From the NCBI GenBank assembly GCA_963693365.1, contig CAVNZM010000002.1:12208328-12272327 (forward strand): a DNA stretch of 64,000 nt, given 5' to 3'. Below, piece by piece: positions 11,871-51,472 of the stretch; within the stretch, counting starts at the first letter, position 1; the number at the start of each line of letters is the position of its first letter. This DNA is from Amoebidium appalachense. Lineage: Eukaryota > Protista > Ichthyosporea. The position numbers were made by a program, and so were the translations under genes. Below the pieces are notes generated by a model, which saw nothing but the letters and a program-made list of their open reading frames with translations, searched no databases and had not been told where the DNA came from.

Positions 11871-12000
11871 TACGCACTTGAACCAACGAGGGAGCTCAGG
11901 GGGGGGGGGGGGGGGGGGGGAGGGGGGGGGGGGGAGGAAAGACCCCATGCTCAAGTGCACGCATTAGAGGCAGGTTCTCTCCCCTTCCCCTCCCCCTTCT

Positions 12001-12039
<39 letters not shown>

Positions 12040-12244
12040 ATTTTTTTTTTTGAAAAAAAATAAAAATAAAGAAAACCTCAGTGCCCGCCTTTTGCCCCCG
12101 ATTAGCGGCTTTCGTGTGTAAGGTGACATCATGTGCACATATTTTGGGCAGGGGGTGGAACCCGGCAGGGAGGGAGAACGGGGGGTGGGGTGAGAGTGTG
12201 TGCGCACGCATGTGTGATACGTATGTGACAGTGTGTGTGTGTAT

Positions 12245-12275
<31 letters not shown>

Positions 12276-12496
12276 GGGAGGGAGGGAGGGGAGGGGGAGC
12301 AATGGGGGATTTTTTTGGGGGGGGAAGGGGGGGGGGGAGGAGGGGGGGCAATGAGTATCTATGTCTGCAATATGATTTGCCTTTTCTGACATAAAGACGA
12401 AGCCTTCTAGTTGACACATGCCACGTGCGTGTTCATGTAACTCTTAGATGAGAATACTATGAAAACTGCTGGGGAAAGCTTACCTGCTCATAACAC

Positions 12497-12556
<60 letters not shown>

Positions 12557-12740
12557 ACTGACAGTGTGAAACACCATGCTCAAGCTTACAGACACACACG
12601 CTTGCACAGACACAAACACAGAAACCGATACAGAAAAGACGAACACAGAGTCTGACACACACAACGTCATGCACACAAAGACAAACACACACCCGCTGTG
12701 CATCACAACGTTTAAAAAAGGGTGCGCAACACGTGCACAT

Positions 12741-12789
<49 letters not shown>

Positions 12790-13329
12790 CATACACAGAC
12801 ACTGATGCATCAACATTTACACAGACACAAGTACACACGGCCACGTGTGCCCACCCACCAATATGCATACAACCATTCGGATCCCGTACTCGTATGGGCA
12901 GTTTTCGCCTATTTAGGCTATGGACAGGAACTTCCCTTATCCAGTTCTATAATACCCTAAAACACAGAGGGCGGGTTCCCTTAAAAAACCTGAAAACCAA
13001 CAACCACATTTACATGCATGCACAGACCCAACACCACCATTCTCAGGTATAAAGCATCACCACATTTATTACCATATCTGGTAATCGGATCAATCCAAAA
13101 CCCACCGCGCAGTAATTCCTGAGTGCCGCATGGCACATGGCATAGTTAAAGAACACTCATTAACACTCCGGCAACGTCGCCTAAAGTTACAAGACGTCAA
13201 CTATTTAACGATATCATCTGGATCTCTGCTGGTGTGGATCTAATCTAGAACCCGACTCCAAATCTTCTTCCCGCTATTAATTTATACAATTTATATTTGT
13301 GCTGGTCTGATGTTGTTGACATTCGTGTT

Positions 13330-13503
13330 CTACGAAATTTTGAGATCTGGTGATGCTTTAAAGGAATCGGAAAAAGGAGAACCAAAATATAGGTGATTAA
13401 GCACGTAGTTTTGAATACTGGATAGTGTGGTAGGGTGTGTGTGCGTGTGCGTGTGTGCGTGTGTGTGTGTGCGCGCACACGCACATGTGTGTCTCTGTAT
13501 TTG

Positions 13504-13571
<68 letters not shown>

Positions 13572-13580
13572 CGTGTGAGT

Positions 13581-13613
<33 letters not shown>

Positions 13614-13858
13614 GGCTGGTGTGTACGTGTGTGTGTGTGTGTGTGTGTGTGTGTAGGTGTGCCTGCAGGTGCCCATGTTTGATTTTATATGCCCAAGTGT
13701 GTGTGTGAGTGTGGTTGTAGGTGCCCTTTTTTGTTTGAATATTCGTTGGTCTGCGCGCGCACGCGCGGTGTGTGTGTGGTCTCTACGTCTCGCCCCTATG
13801 TCATCCCTACGTCAAGTACCTACATATCCCCCCTCCCCCCCCCCCCAAAAAAAAAAAA

Positions 13859-13895
<37 letters not shown>

Positions 13896-14309
13896 CCACC
13901 CACCAAATACACATTCGCATACCTACATACAAACCCAATATACACACCACACCTACGCAGTCTTACTTCGTTCCCTTAAACTCTCTTCAATCGTTGCATT
14001 CGATCTCCTTTCAGTCACCGCCATTTTGCCCAAGTCTATCCCCACACTATCCGCCTCCGTCTTTCTCGGTCTTAATATGGCAACTACCACCGACATGTCG
14101 CTATGGAAACCGGAACCTGATTGGACGATCTCAAGTATGCCCGTTGCTAGGGTGGAGCAGGAAGTGTCCGGATTTGCCACGAGTTGTTGTGAGACGTAGC
14201 GGGTGACACGTGTGCTTCCGCTGAAATCCCAGAGACCCTCCGTGGCAAGGAGGATGACGTTGGTGGCGGTGGGGTTGAGCCTGTGTGTGTATGTGTGTGT
14301 GTGCGTGTA

Positions 14310-14357
<48 letters not shown>

Positions 14358-14366
14358 CGTGTGAGT

Positions 14367-14405
<39 letters not shown>

Positions 14406-14518
14406 GGCTGGTGTGTACGTGCATGTTGATAGGGTGTAATATTTAGAGGCGCAAAAGTGGTCACGAGAACAGCTGATAGGGTGGGGCCCCGTACCATTCG
14501 CCTAATCTTAAGAGCCAG

Positions 14519-14563
<45 letters not shown>

Positions 14564-14635
14564 CCACAGGGCCATTTTAAAAAAAATGACACCCCGCCCT
14601 TATTCTCTAGCGAAGTATTCACTATTAATCGATAG

Positions 14636-14683
<48 letters not shown>

Positions 14684-14920
14684 TCCCTCCATCCGCCTAC
14701 TCTCGGCCCTTCTTGCATGCCTCTTCGTGTGTGCTGCAATGGGGCTGTCATAAATACTTGCGTGTAAAACGAGAAAGAATACCAAATGTATGGGTTGAGT
14801 GTGTCTGTGTGTGCCCATGTGTGTACGTGCACACTGCCTTTGGTGGCCCTGAAGAGTGGGGGGAGGGGGGGGGGATTGAATGCGTCGGCATGTGTTGAAC
14901 AGAGCGAGGCACAAGAATTC

Positions 14921-14960
<40 letters not shown>

Positions 14961-16283
14961 CTCCTTCCCTTCCTGGCAATGGAGGAAAAAAACGCGGGAG
15001 GGAAGGGGGGGGGGGGGGGAGGGGGGGGAGACATACTTGTACGACATAACGTCTGGTTTTGCGACAATCCCCCTATCTCCGTGGCAACCAATCCCCCTAG
15101 ATGCCCTGCTGTGCCCGTTGACGATTCCGCTCAGCACACGGCCACCGGCCTGGATAATCCGGTGTTTTTCAGTGAAAGAATCGGCTGTGTGTGGCCTGTT
15201 CAACTCGTTCGTTTCCGGATTTTCAGAAGGAATTACGTGTATGGCCTTTGAATTTCCGGCATTTGCCACGAAAAGAACATCACCGACAATTAGGACAACT
15301 AGAGCACATGTCCAACTCCGGGATTCGTAACTTCCGGGCATTTTGCGAAATTCCATGTCAGTGCGTGTAAATGCTTCCGTCAACGCTTCTGGAATGTTCC
15401 CCGTGGAGCTAATAATAGCGCTCCCCGCACGTGAGCCCATGGTGCGAGCCGCATAGTCCGACGCCAATATACCTGTGTGTGTGTGTGTGTGTGTGCGTGG
15501 GGATGGGGGGAGGGGGGGGGGGGGAAGGGCATGCGTGAATACATGTGCGTGGGTGCATGTATGGATGTGCTTGTGTGCGGGGGGAGAGGAAGAGGGGTTG
15601 GGGGGCATGTAAGTGTGTGCGCGCGTGTGTGTGTGTGTATGTGTGTGTGTGTGTTCGTGTGTGTGCACTCGTTAATAGTGCGGTGAAATCGTGCACGTAT
15701 ATGAGAGCGGATACTTGAAGGGCCGCTTGTGTATGCCTGGGGCAAAGTGAGGGGGAGGGGGGGGGGGGGGGGGGGGGAGGATTTCGAAGGGCTTGCAGGG
15801 TGGGGGCAGGGGTGGGGGGCAAGGGGCACACGGGAGGAGGGAGGGGGGAGGCCGGGGGGAAAGGAAGGTAGATGGAAGGATGCAGAGGTGAAGACGGATG
15901 CAAGGAGAAGTAAAAGGAGGGGGGCCGGGGGGAGGGTGGAAATGTGGGTGCTTGGGTGGAGGAGGAGGTGGGGGTGGTGATGGTAGTGATGCTTTTCTTT
16001 CTTTTCCATTTTTTAGTGCTATTTTCACACACACACACACACACACACGCACACACACGCCCGCCCGCCCGCCCATCCCGCCCACCCACCCACCCACCCA
16101 CATTTGGGGGAGGGGGGGGGAGAGGGGGGGGGGGGGGGGGGGGGGGGGGGCTGGTTGTGAAGTAAATGCAGCACCATGGTAGTGCGCGCATGCAAAGACT
16201 TGCCCCCGTGCAAGTCAGTCAAGGGTGTGTGAGTGTATGGTGTGCATGTGTGTGCGTGTGCGTGTGCGTGCCTCTCTCTGTGT

Positions 16284-16327
<44 letters not shown>

Positions 16328-16945
16328 GCACATGTGGGGTCAACGCATGTACACATGCGTGTTGTGCCTGCTTGCATGCATGAGCGTGTGTACAGCGTGT
16401 GTGCATGTGTGTGCACGGCATGTATGCCACCGTGCCATACATCTCCACAGACCATGCGCCCAGAATCTTCCTTCACCTACCAGAACCATCATACACCGAC
16501 AGCCAAGTGCAAGAGTCCAAGTCCCCAGGGTCATAATCGGGAACATAGGCCGTCTGCTGCGGTTCACCGACTCGATCACGACCCGAATCGGCTTGGAGCG
16601 GCGGATGGTCGTCCAAATACTCGACGTTCATTGGCTCTTTTTGCTTCCACATGTTCGGGATCGGCTCCTCTTCGTAACTGTCGTAATTTTCGCTGTCCTC
16701 TCGTGGATCTCGCTCACTCAACCCCTCGACTTCAAGCACAGGCATACCCAGTTTTTTCAGAATTTCGGATCCGTTTTGTGGTGCGTGGCCGTGGGAACTG
16801 GTTACTCTAGTGTGTGAAATGGGTATTCCGGACTGTTTTTGCTGGGAATTTAGGGTGTTGGTGGTTGACTGGGTGCTTATGGACGCGGTTTCCGACTGGG
16901 AAACACGGGGGCTTTGGTTTGATGTGGGTGTTCCTAGTTCGCTTG

Positions 16946-17030
<85 letters not shown>

Positions 17031-17300
17031 GTGTGTGTGCGCGGGCGCGGGCGCACATGCCGTGTGTGTGTGTGTTGTGTGTGTGTGCGTGCATGTGCAC
17101 ATGTGTTACGAGAACACATGTGGGAAGTCACACGGAGACAGCAACATATGACCGTACCAATGTGAGCGTGTGCATAATCTTACCCATCCGTCACTGTAGG
17201 CAAACTAAAGCAACAACTGCCAAACCCACACCCCCCAAAAACAACCCCCCCCCCCCCCAATTTCTTTGCCTAGAAACAAAAAAAAAAAAAAAGGAAAAAA

Positions 17301-17376
<76 letters not shown>

Positions 17377-17550
17377 AAAAAAATGCAAGCTCAAAAGTTA
17401 TCAAATCTTGTGAAACATTATTGGAATTTCCTGTGTTCATACCTCTGAGACGGTCTGACTCCGCAAGTCCGCCGTCCCGCTGGTCGGGTCATGCATTCCA
17501 AATGCAGGGCGGAAATTGTGAACTATCTCGAATCTATCCTCTAGTGGCAT
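13330..17550 (-). CDS. PP2C/PPM-fold protein, probable pseudophosphatase. Exons 17443-17550, 16481-16946, 15037-15472, 13957-14280, 13330-13417 (alternatively ends at TAG 13953)
   Basis: GT-AG junctions join in frame. PPM motifs in order: [75 protein letters not shown]. The last exon is less certain. Confidence 0.8.
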
Positions 17551-17735
17551 GGATTTTCGTCGTTGGGTTTTACTCTGCCCGGCTCTTGAGGCGGCCCCTA
17601 GAGCGAAAAGAGATAGCACGATATGAGGTACGGTTAGTGAGCGAATGAATGGGGTGTGGTGAGGGCTTTTTTTTGGGGGGGGGGGGGGGGGGGGGGGGGA
17701 GGGGAGGGGAGGGGGGGCGCCGAGGGAGGGGTGTT

Positions 17736-17777
<42 letters not shown>

Positions 17778-18223
17778 TTAGAGCAGGGGGAAGAAAGGGT
17801 TCAATCGTTTTTTCAGTTTTTCCTTTTTGGGGGGTCCAGAGAAGCGGGGGGGGGGGGGGGGGGGGGGGGGGAAGGGGGAGGGAACGGGCATGGGAGGGGG
17901 TGCAAGTGTGCTAGTGTGCACGTGTCTGTGTCTGTGTCCGTGTCTGTGTCCGTGTCCGTGTGTGTGTGTGTGTGTGCATGTGTGTGTGTACGTGAGAAAG
18001 AGAGAGAGAAAGAGTGCAATAGAAAGAGAAAGAGAGAGAGAGAGAGAAAGAGAGAGAAAGAGAAAGGGAGGGAAAGTGTGTGTGTGTGTGTGGGGGGGAG
18101 AAAGAGAGGAGACGGCGAGTGCAAGAAACAGAACACTATTGGATGACGCGCTGGCACGGGGAAAGCAGCAGGAATAGGCAACGAGAAAGCGTGGCATGTT
18201 TTTTTTTTTTTTTCTCTTTTTTT

Positions 18224-18254
<31 letters not shown>

Positions 18255-18404
18255 GGTTGGTATATGTCGCAGGGTAAGAAGATGTTCAAGAAGTACAACG
18301 CAAAGCAGGTTATGCAAACATGTGGACAAAGAGTATGCATCACGGGGGGGGGGGGGGGGGGGGGGTAGAGTAAGCGAGGGTAGAAAGAGGTAAGTAAACG
18401 AGAA

Positions 18405-19200
<796 letters not shown>

Positions 19201-20894
19201 AGGACAGTGAATGAGGAAGGGAAAGTGCGTGTGAAAGAGAGCGCGAGGGCAGGCGGGGGGGAAAGGCAGGGGGGAGGGGTTGGGAGGGGAAAAAGAGAGG
19301 GAAGGAGAGAGGGAGCGAGATAGAGAAGAACGGAGAGGGGCAAAGAGAAATACGGCAGCGCTCTGTGCCCCAGAGTTTGTGCCAAACAGAGGAGGGGCGG
19401 GCGGGGGGCTGTGCGCACCTGTGGCTGTGTTGTTGTGGGGGGGGGGGGTTGGGAGGGGGGGAGTTGGAGTGCAGAGGGGGGGGGAGAGGGGTATTGCTTC
19501 GATGCCTTCAAAGCGGACAGTCAGCAACTATTTGTAAATTTGCAGGAAACCCAGTACGGTTGCACAAGCAGGCAGGAAAGAAGGCGCATGTGCAATAGAT
19601 GTTGCGCGCCTGCCTGTGTATGGTACGTGGAGGCGCGTGCGCGTCGTTTCTCTCTGCCTTGAGCAATGGCAAAAAAAAGACAAGGTTCGCCAGCTCCCTC
19701 AGGAAAAGGCACTCTAGTGTTGCAGTTGTGGGGAGCAAGCATGAAGCGATGTGAAAAAGGAATGCTTGAGAATGGTTTCTCAGCAAATCACCACCTATGA
19801 GGAAAGAACCACCTACCTGTAGATATGAAAAAGAATCTATTACTGCTGTGGCAGTCCCCATCCCCCGACCTGTACGCCTCATCTTGGCTCCCACGACGCG
19901 AAGGGCGTAGCCACCCCGGAAGGCTAAACCTTCGTGGCATGTTGTTTGTGCTTAGGTGAGAAATCAAGCGCAATGCATCATATCCAACATGGGCAACAAC
20001 AACAAAAAAGGATGTGCACACGAAGGTTCAGCAACGATTGGATATAGGTGTTACCAAGAACTACAATAAAAAACTACCTGTTTGAAACTCAACAAAGTCA
20101 GTTTTTGTGAAAAGTTTGAGTGTCCCTCGAATTGATCATCGTTTATGTCGGAGTAACCTAATTCATTAGGAGGGACATGCTATGGCTGATGTTAGACAGT
20201 TAATGCTCTAAAAAACGGGGTTTCAAAAACAGAAGCTTAGAGCAGTGGGAAGCAATACTGTGAAACATTTTAAGGCAGATAAACTTTGGTAAGCAACACT
20301 TCAGGTGTACAAAGAAACATTTGCAATGTTGAACGGACGGACACTCAGACAGACGTGTGAGAGGGAAAACTTATCGCTTTGAAAGGCTCAGACAGGGTGC
20401 GAAATTATGCCTGTGTTAGTCAAAAAGTCTACGGATGTGACGTCATCAAAACTTTCTGATTGCAATGCATAAAACATCTGCCCACTTACTACATAGATGG
20501 CGGAAGTGTCACCGTGACTGTCCTACTAGCTCTGTAATTCTCTATGTAATCACATAATTATAACAAGCCTCGGAAGCACTTCATAGCGCTGGAGAAATAC
20601 ATTGTGTACTTTCTGATATTTTCATTACTCCTGGATTTATACAGAAGTGTATGGTAGTAATAGTACCAAATAGGAGCTTGTAGAAGCTTGTGATCTATTA
20701 TCTGGAAGGGTGCGAATTTCAAACCCCGGGCTGAAACGGCCCGGGTATTCCACTGATAAGCCGCACCTAAAATGGCAAGAATATTGCCTTATATAGTAGT
20801 ATATAGACCCAAATTTGGCTACAGATTCGAGTCAGTCGTGCGAGCCTCGCTTTCGATTGGCCATGGAACGACTCACTGAACAGCAGCCGAAACT

Positions 20895-21410
20895 TTGATG
20901 AAGGAGGTACGGCTGGACCATAGTGTGACTATGAATAGTTTTAAGTCTATGGCTGATAGATACCTTTTTACTTTAAGTGTCGAGTCCCTCCCAGTTTTAG
21001 GTCAGCAAAAACACCAACTACAAGTAGCCTATATGGCGGATACGGTTAGACAATCTCGCTCCTATATAGATTCGTTTATTCATGATGTTGTGTCGTATAA
21101 ATACGCAAAGATGATTATGTCTTGGCGTTGCAATCGGTCTTTGGTGTCTCCTGCTCGTATGTGTAATATGTGTGGGGGGCGGTTTACTCGCGGATGCATA
21201 TCTATCAATAAGTGTGACCTGTTAGCCAATGTCGTAGAACCGGAGGTTATGGGCGGCTTTATTCTCTTTTGTACTTCCCTCCCCCAGTATATCCGTTATT
21301 ATAAAATGACCGTGTTAGATCACCTTATTAATGCTGCACGGTATGATATTGTGATACGGTGTCTTAACTTTCTCTCGGAGCTATCAATGCTAGCTTCTGC
21401 TTATCCATAA
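20895..21410 (+). mobile_element. 3' fragment of a second, divergent non-LTR element (C-terminal domain only)
   Basis: MSWRCNR..C..CGGRFTRGCISINKCDL...VLDHLINAARYDIVIRCLNFL aligns by eye with the RT C-terminus IQWRSNK..C..HQFNRSCIAKCSL...ILDFILNTRNYDLFIRCIDWL. No RT core upstream. Confidence 0.7.
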
Positions 21411-22255
21411 TCTATACTACGGTTGTTTTATTGCATACAGTGTACATAAGTCACTAGCTGCATTTGATTGGCTGCGCTGGAAAACGCAGTAGGCCGTCAA
21501 GTGAGGCTGGGCCCCTGACGATGTCCGCAGCAATACAAAGTGCATTAACCCCTTTGAACCTGCCTTCCCCACGGCCCTCTGAACACGGCCCTCTGTGTTC
21601 AGAGGGCCGTGGCCTCCCCCCTCGAGCTCCCCCCCCCCCTCCTCCCCCCCACGAACACGTGTACACACACACACCACCTACCCACAATCTTTTCCAATTT
21701 ACTGAAAGCTCAAGCTCTTTACTCGTGAGTATATTTGAAGCATATATATCAAGAAACTACAGAATTCGAACCGCCATGGTCCGTGGAATGTCTTGTTGGT
21801 GTTCGATTGGGTCCGAGAAAAAGCACGTAAATATATTTAGTAGACTATGAACGTTAACCCATGTATAATATGATTAAGAACATAAATCACCGGGCTTTGG
21901 CTGCCTACCAGTAGGGCAAGGATTTCCAACCACCAAGAATACAAAATATTCTACAGCCAAATCCGTCAACAAAATTTGGTGCCCCCTCCCCAGGCCTGCC
22001 CCCCCCCCCCCCCCCCCTCCCCTCTCTCCCCCCCCTCTCCCGCCCACGAAGTCCCCGTGCTCTCCACTGTGGCGCACACACACACAGCACCAGCCACTCA
22101 ATCAACCAACCAGTAAACTCAACCATAATAACAACCTGAACAACTGTTACATCATTACGCAAATTCACTCTCTTATGACAACTGATCTCAGAAAGCGGCT
22201 CAACATGTCCCCCCTTTTAATAAGGCACGGCAGCCTTCCAGCCAACATTAACAGT

Positions 22256-37888
<15,633 letters not shown>

Positions 37889-38039
37889 GTGCTTGCTAGA
37901 GAGTGATTATCACTCAGTTATAGGTAGACGTCTAATGCCTATATATCAGCCTAGCATGTTATTGTAGTAGCCCGACGTACTGAGGAGTGGTGAAACTTCA
38001 AACGAAGTGGAGAAAAAAGAGAAAAAGCGGCGCCGGTCG

Positions 38040-38083
38040 TGACGTGTTCACATTCCTGCAGCCAAAATACCTTCCATATTTGG
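38040..38083. promoter_or_regulatory. Candidate NSF promoter motifs: TGACGT (38040) and CArG box CCATATTTGG (38074-38083)
   Basis: Consensus matches 150-200 bp upstream of the NSF ATG. Motif match only. Confidence 0.25.
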
Positions 38084-38772
38084 TATATCATTTTAACTAT
38101 TTTTGGAACGTGGGTTCAGCATACTCTTTCTTTTTGCCGCCAATGCGGAATAAATGATGGTTTTTTTTTATATTTACTAAAACTCAAATCATTTTTATAA
38201 CACAAAATGCCTGCATAATATGTGTGCATACACTCCAAAGTAATTATTGGGCTGTAAACGGCCGTCACAAGCCTGCAGATCTGGTCCAATTTCCCAAGTT
38301 GACTAACTGCAATCGGATTGGCTGATTCAAAAAAAGGTGCTCCAATCACAGCCCTCGAAGCTAATGACCCAAAAGCTGTTGAACAGTTGAACTTGTCAAG
38401 TTGCAAGTTGAACCCGCGCCACCAACCTTGAGGCCTCCTAGTCCTACATACCGTGATACTCCGAGGCTGACGGTTAGAGTAGGAGGCCTTGTTTGCCAGC
38501 TGTTTGCCACACGGTCGGACGTCACCGTCTCCCACTTAGTGCCCAAGTCTCACTCCCAAGAGCCGGTTAGAGGCTCCCAGGAGTTCCAGCCTCCCTGGCC
38601 GGCAGCTGAAGGACGACCCAGCTGGCCACCTTGGAAGCATTGGCCACCAAACCGATGTGTCCCAACAGCCCCAACACGCTACTTTACCCCCCCCCCCCCC
38701 CCCCTCCGCCCCCCTTACAACCCCCCCCCCCTCTCCGAGCTCGAGCTCTCTATCTCTCTCTCTCTCTCTCTC

Positions 38773-38809
<37 letters not shown>

Positions 38810-38878
38810 CCCCCCCCCTCCCCACCTCCCCCGGCCCCAGCTTTTTCTAAGCAAGCACACACACAAGTGCACACAAAA

Positions 38879-38918
<40 letters not shown>

Positions 38919-39233
38919 TACACACACTATACTCTCCCGTACCCCCCCCTTTCTCTCTCTCTCTCTCTCTCTCTCCCCCCCCCCCCCCCCTCCCTCTCTC
39001 TCTGTCTCTCCAGTCTCTCTCTCTCTCTCTCTCTCCCTCTCGCTCGCTCGCTCGCTCTTTATCGCTCGCTCGCTTTCCCTCCCCAGGCTCTCTCTCACCT
39101 TTCGAGGCGTTCCCTCCCTCTCTCTCTCTCTCTCTCTCTTTCTCTTCTCTCTCTCTCTCTCTCTCTCTCGCTTTAGATCCCTCTTTCTCTCTGTCTCTCC
39201 CTCCCTTTCCTCTCCCTCCCTCCCTCCCTCCCT

Positions 39234-39322
<89 letters not shown>

Positions 39323-39959
39323 GCTCTCTCTCTGCCTGTCTGTCCCCCCCTCCCCCCCTTCGCCCACACCTCTCTCTTCCTCGCACGCATACACGCACAT
39401 TCAACGACTCACACAAACATATACGCGCACACACACACGTACACACAGCGCGCGCGCGCGCGCACGCACACACACAGCCTTCTGCTCACGAAGCCGAACT
39501 GTGAAGGGGTGGTTCGCTCCCTGTCACTTGCATTGTGAGTCACAACGACAAGCCTCACAAAGCCATCACACCAAGGCGAAAGCCCAAGCGAGAGAAAGCG
39601 AGCGGATGCTTGCTTGTGGGAACTTATTGAAGAGGCGAGCGGTGTCATTCTGCATACGGCAGTGCAAGGCATAAAGCACATCGGTTCCAGTAGGTAGATG
39701 CCGACCTGGCACAGTGTCACTTATGGTACCGGTCGTCTACATTACATGGTTTGCTAGAACGGCTTCCCTATGCATAGTTGATGTAAACGTGCCAGCCCCT
39801 AATTTAGGGTTATAGCAGTTACGCTTGCAGCTGAATGCGTATGTCTGTATTTGCTATATCCGGCCCGACTGGCAGCCGCAGTGGGGGCCAAGAAGCCTTA
39901 AGGGCAAACACAGAATTCAGACTCACCTGAAGCCGAAGCTGCTACTCTGAGTAGCCCGC

Positions 39960-40978
39960 AGAGGTTATCCATACGGTCAATTCACTTTAAACTATTGAAC
40001 CCCTTTTCATTCAAACACTGAACTTTCAACTAGTAAAATATATTATGTTATATGTAATTTGAGCCGTGTCTTCTTTCAGAACCCACAGGTAGTATGCGGA
40101 GATCACGTTTATCTCTCTGGCATGCTCTGTTTGTTTGCGGCCCGTCACAGCCTGACAGACTCGTCACTCATCAAGTTGCCCTACTGGGCGGAGACTTTGT
40201 CAACTGATAGAGTGTAGAGTTTCGTGGGTGAACGATTCTGAAAGCGGAAGGAATGGATGGGGTGTGACATGTGCATAACTGTGTTCCTTATATTGACACT
40301 TGCACAGAGCACATGCGACACATGCCGTGTTAAGGATGGCTTAGCAGGAGAAAAAGCAAACGTTCCCACGATATCGATCGACTGTGATCACCTTGGCCGT
40401 GTTTTTACCTGGTTGTATTGCATCTCTCGACTTATAAGGCTATGAAAACTGACTGGGGCCCAGTTTTCGAGCCTCCGCTGAATTCCACACAGCCGGATGT
40501 CAGGGCTTCCGCTGGCAGTAGACATCCGAAGGATTCCTTTCTGTTCGCGTCCGTAAAATTTTTTTGGGAAAATTGTTAAAAGCGGGAGGAAAACAAACAA
40601 AACTCGATAATAGCTGAGGGTGTAGTCTTACCCGCCAACAAACTCGTACGCGCGTACTCTCCATCAGCCATTTCTCATACACGCACACACACGCACACAC
40701 ACGGCAGGCTGGTCGCACGTGTCATGGCATGGAAGAGTAGGCCGACACAACCTGCTTTCTTTTGGCCCGGCCTCTTTTTTTTGCCTGGTTCCAAGTTAAA
40801 TACTGCTGATTCCGGTTGCCTTTTCCACTGTTTCACGGGAGTGAACTGTCAGATGTTTTCCGAGCATGGATGTAACTGTTCGAAAACATAAACTTCCTAG
40901 GAGCGTAGAGGGATTTTTACGGAGATTTAGTTTTTCTTCCCTCACAAACGTCATAGCAGCCGGCATAAAGCGAAGATC

Positions 40979-41000
<22 letters not shown>
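39960..41000 (+). repeat. Upstream/promoter segment duplicated with the BT1 gene (homologous to ~51995-53035)
   Basis: Colinear shared blocks: GAGGTTATC..ACGGT, AGAACCCACAG, AGAGTTTCGTGGGTGA, GGGGTGTGACATGTG, CTGGCAGTAGACATC, CACGGGAGTGAA, GCAGCCGGCATAAAGCGAAGAT. Confidence 0.85.
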
Positions 41001-50530
<9,530 letters not shown>

Positions 50531-51044
50531 GGGTCTTGGGCTTCTCTTGGATCGTTAGATAGATATAGCTTATGGCCTAGCGTTGTCACGGTTCTCTTTG
50601 CCTTTGTAGCCGAAAAAGAGGGAATGTAGGTATGGTGGTTGGAAAGCGTGTGCGGGAGGGGAAAGGGGGGGGGTGGGGGGGGGGGGGGGAGGGGAGGGGG
50701 AGGGGGGGGGGGGGGACCATTACATGCAGAAATCCAACTTCTTTCTTTACTTTGTCTTTGTTTTTCGCATTTTTCCTTTTTTTTTTTCCCCTTCTTTTTT
50801 CTTCCGCGTGTGTGCTTGTTTTTGTAAGTATGTGTCGCGTTAAGAATGCAGGGAACGACCATTTTAAGAGACAGGCCACCGATACTCTTTTCCTCTGGTA
50901 CTAGTACCCGTATATGAATGTATGAAGGTATGCTTAGACTAAAGTGCCTGAGAGGGATTGTAAGTGGTGGTAGAGGTGGTGGTTGGCCCAGGGGGAAGGG
51001 GGAGGGGCTCTTGATGTTGTTGTGAGGAGGAGGAGGAGGAGGAA

Positions 51045-51083
<39 letters not shown>

Positions 51084-51319
51084 CTTGGTTCAGTCACTGT
51101 GTTGTGTGCAATATCTTTCGACTGTTACAATGCCAATGCTGCAGTGAAGCTGGTACTTTACGGCAGCAAAAACTCCCATTGGGAAAGTTTTGCAGTAAAG
51201 AACCCCATAAAGAAGTTGCCCCCCCCCCCCCCTCCCCCCCCCCCTCCCCCCCCCCCCCCCCCCCTCCCCCCCCCGAGAGTCGTATATACGCGGGTTAAGG
51301 GGTCGAAACTCAATCGCAA

Positions 51320-51472
51320 TTGATGACTTGGGCCCTCCCTGAGGATGGGCTCTGCTTATGACGCATACTGTGCGCATGGATGATGTTGCATACTTGAATG
51401 TTTGCCTTTGCATGTGTCCTGCACCATGCTTCTCATCGTGTATGCGTACTTCGTACCGTTTTCCGCATTCAA
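51320..51472 (+). repeat. Dispersed short repeat family C (second copy 58834-58997)
   Basis: TTGATGACTTGGGCCCTCCCTGA...CTTTGCATGTGTCCTGCACCATGCTTCTCATCGTG...TTCCGCA(T/C)TCAA, then poly-C in both copies. Confidence 0.85.

Noticed and set aside
19500-20520. Coding-like complex sequence with Cys clusters
   Set aside because: Interrupted by stops in the frames I read and no family motif identifiable; perhaps a decayed TE.
20725-20765. Hammerhead ribozyme-like words (GAAAC, GTA, CTGATAA)
   Set aside because: Stem I cannot form with only 5 nt between GTA and CTGA, and the core deviates from CUGANGA. Kept only as a generic hairpin.
38116-39960. ORFs between NSF and BT1-1 (38116-38535, 38401-38850, 39409-39720)
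   Set aside because: No recognisable domains or consistent splice chain.
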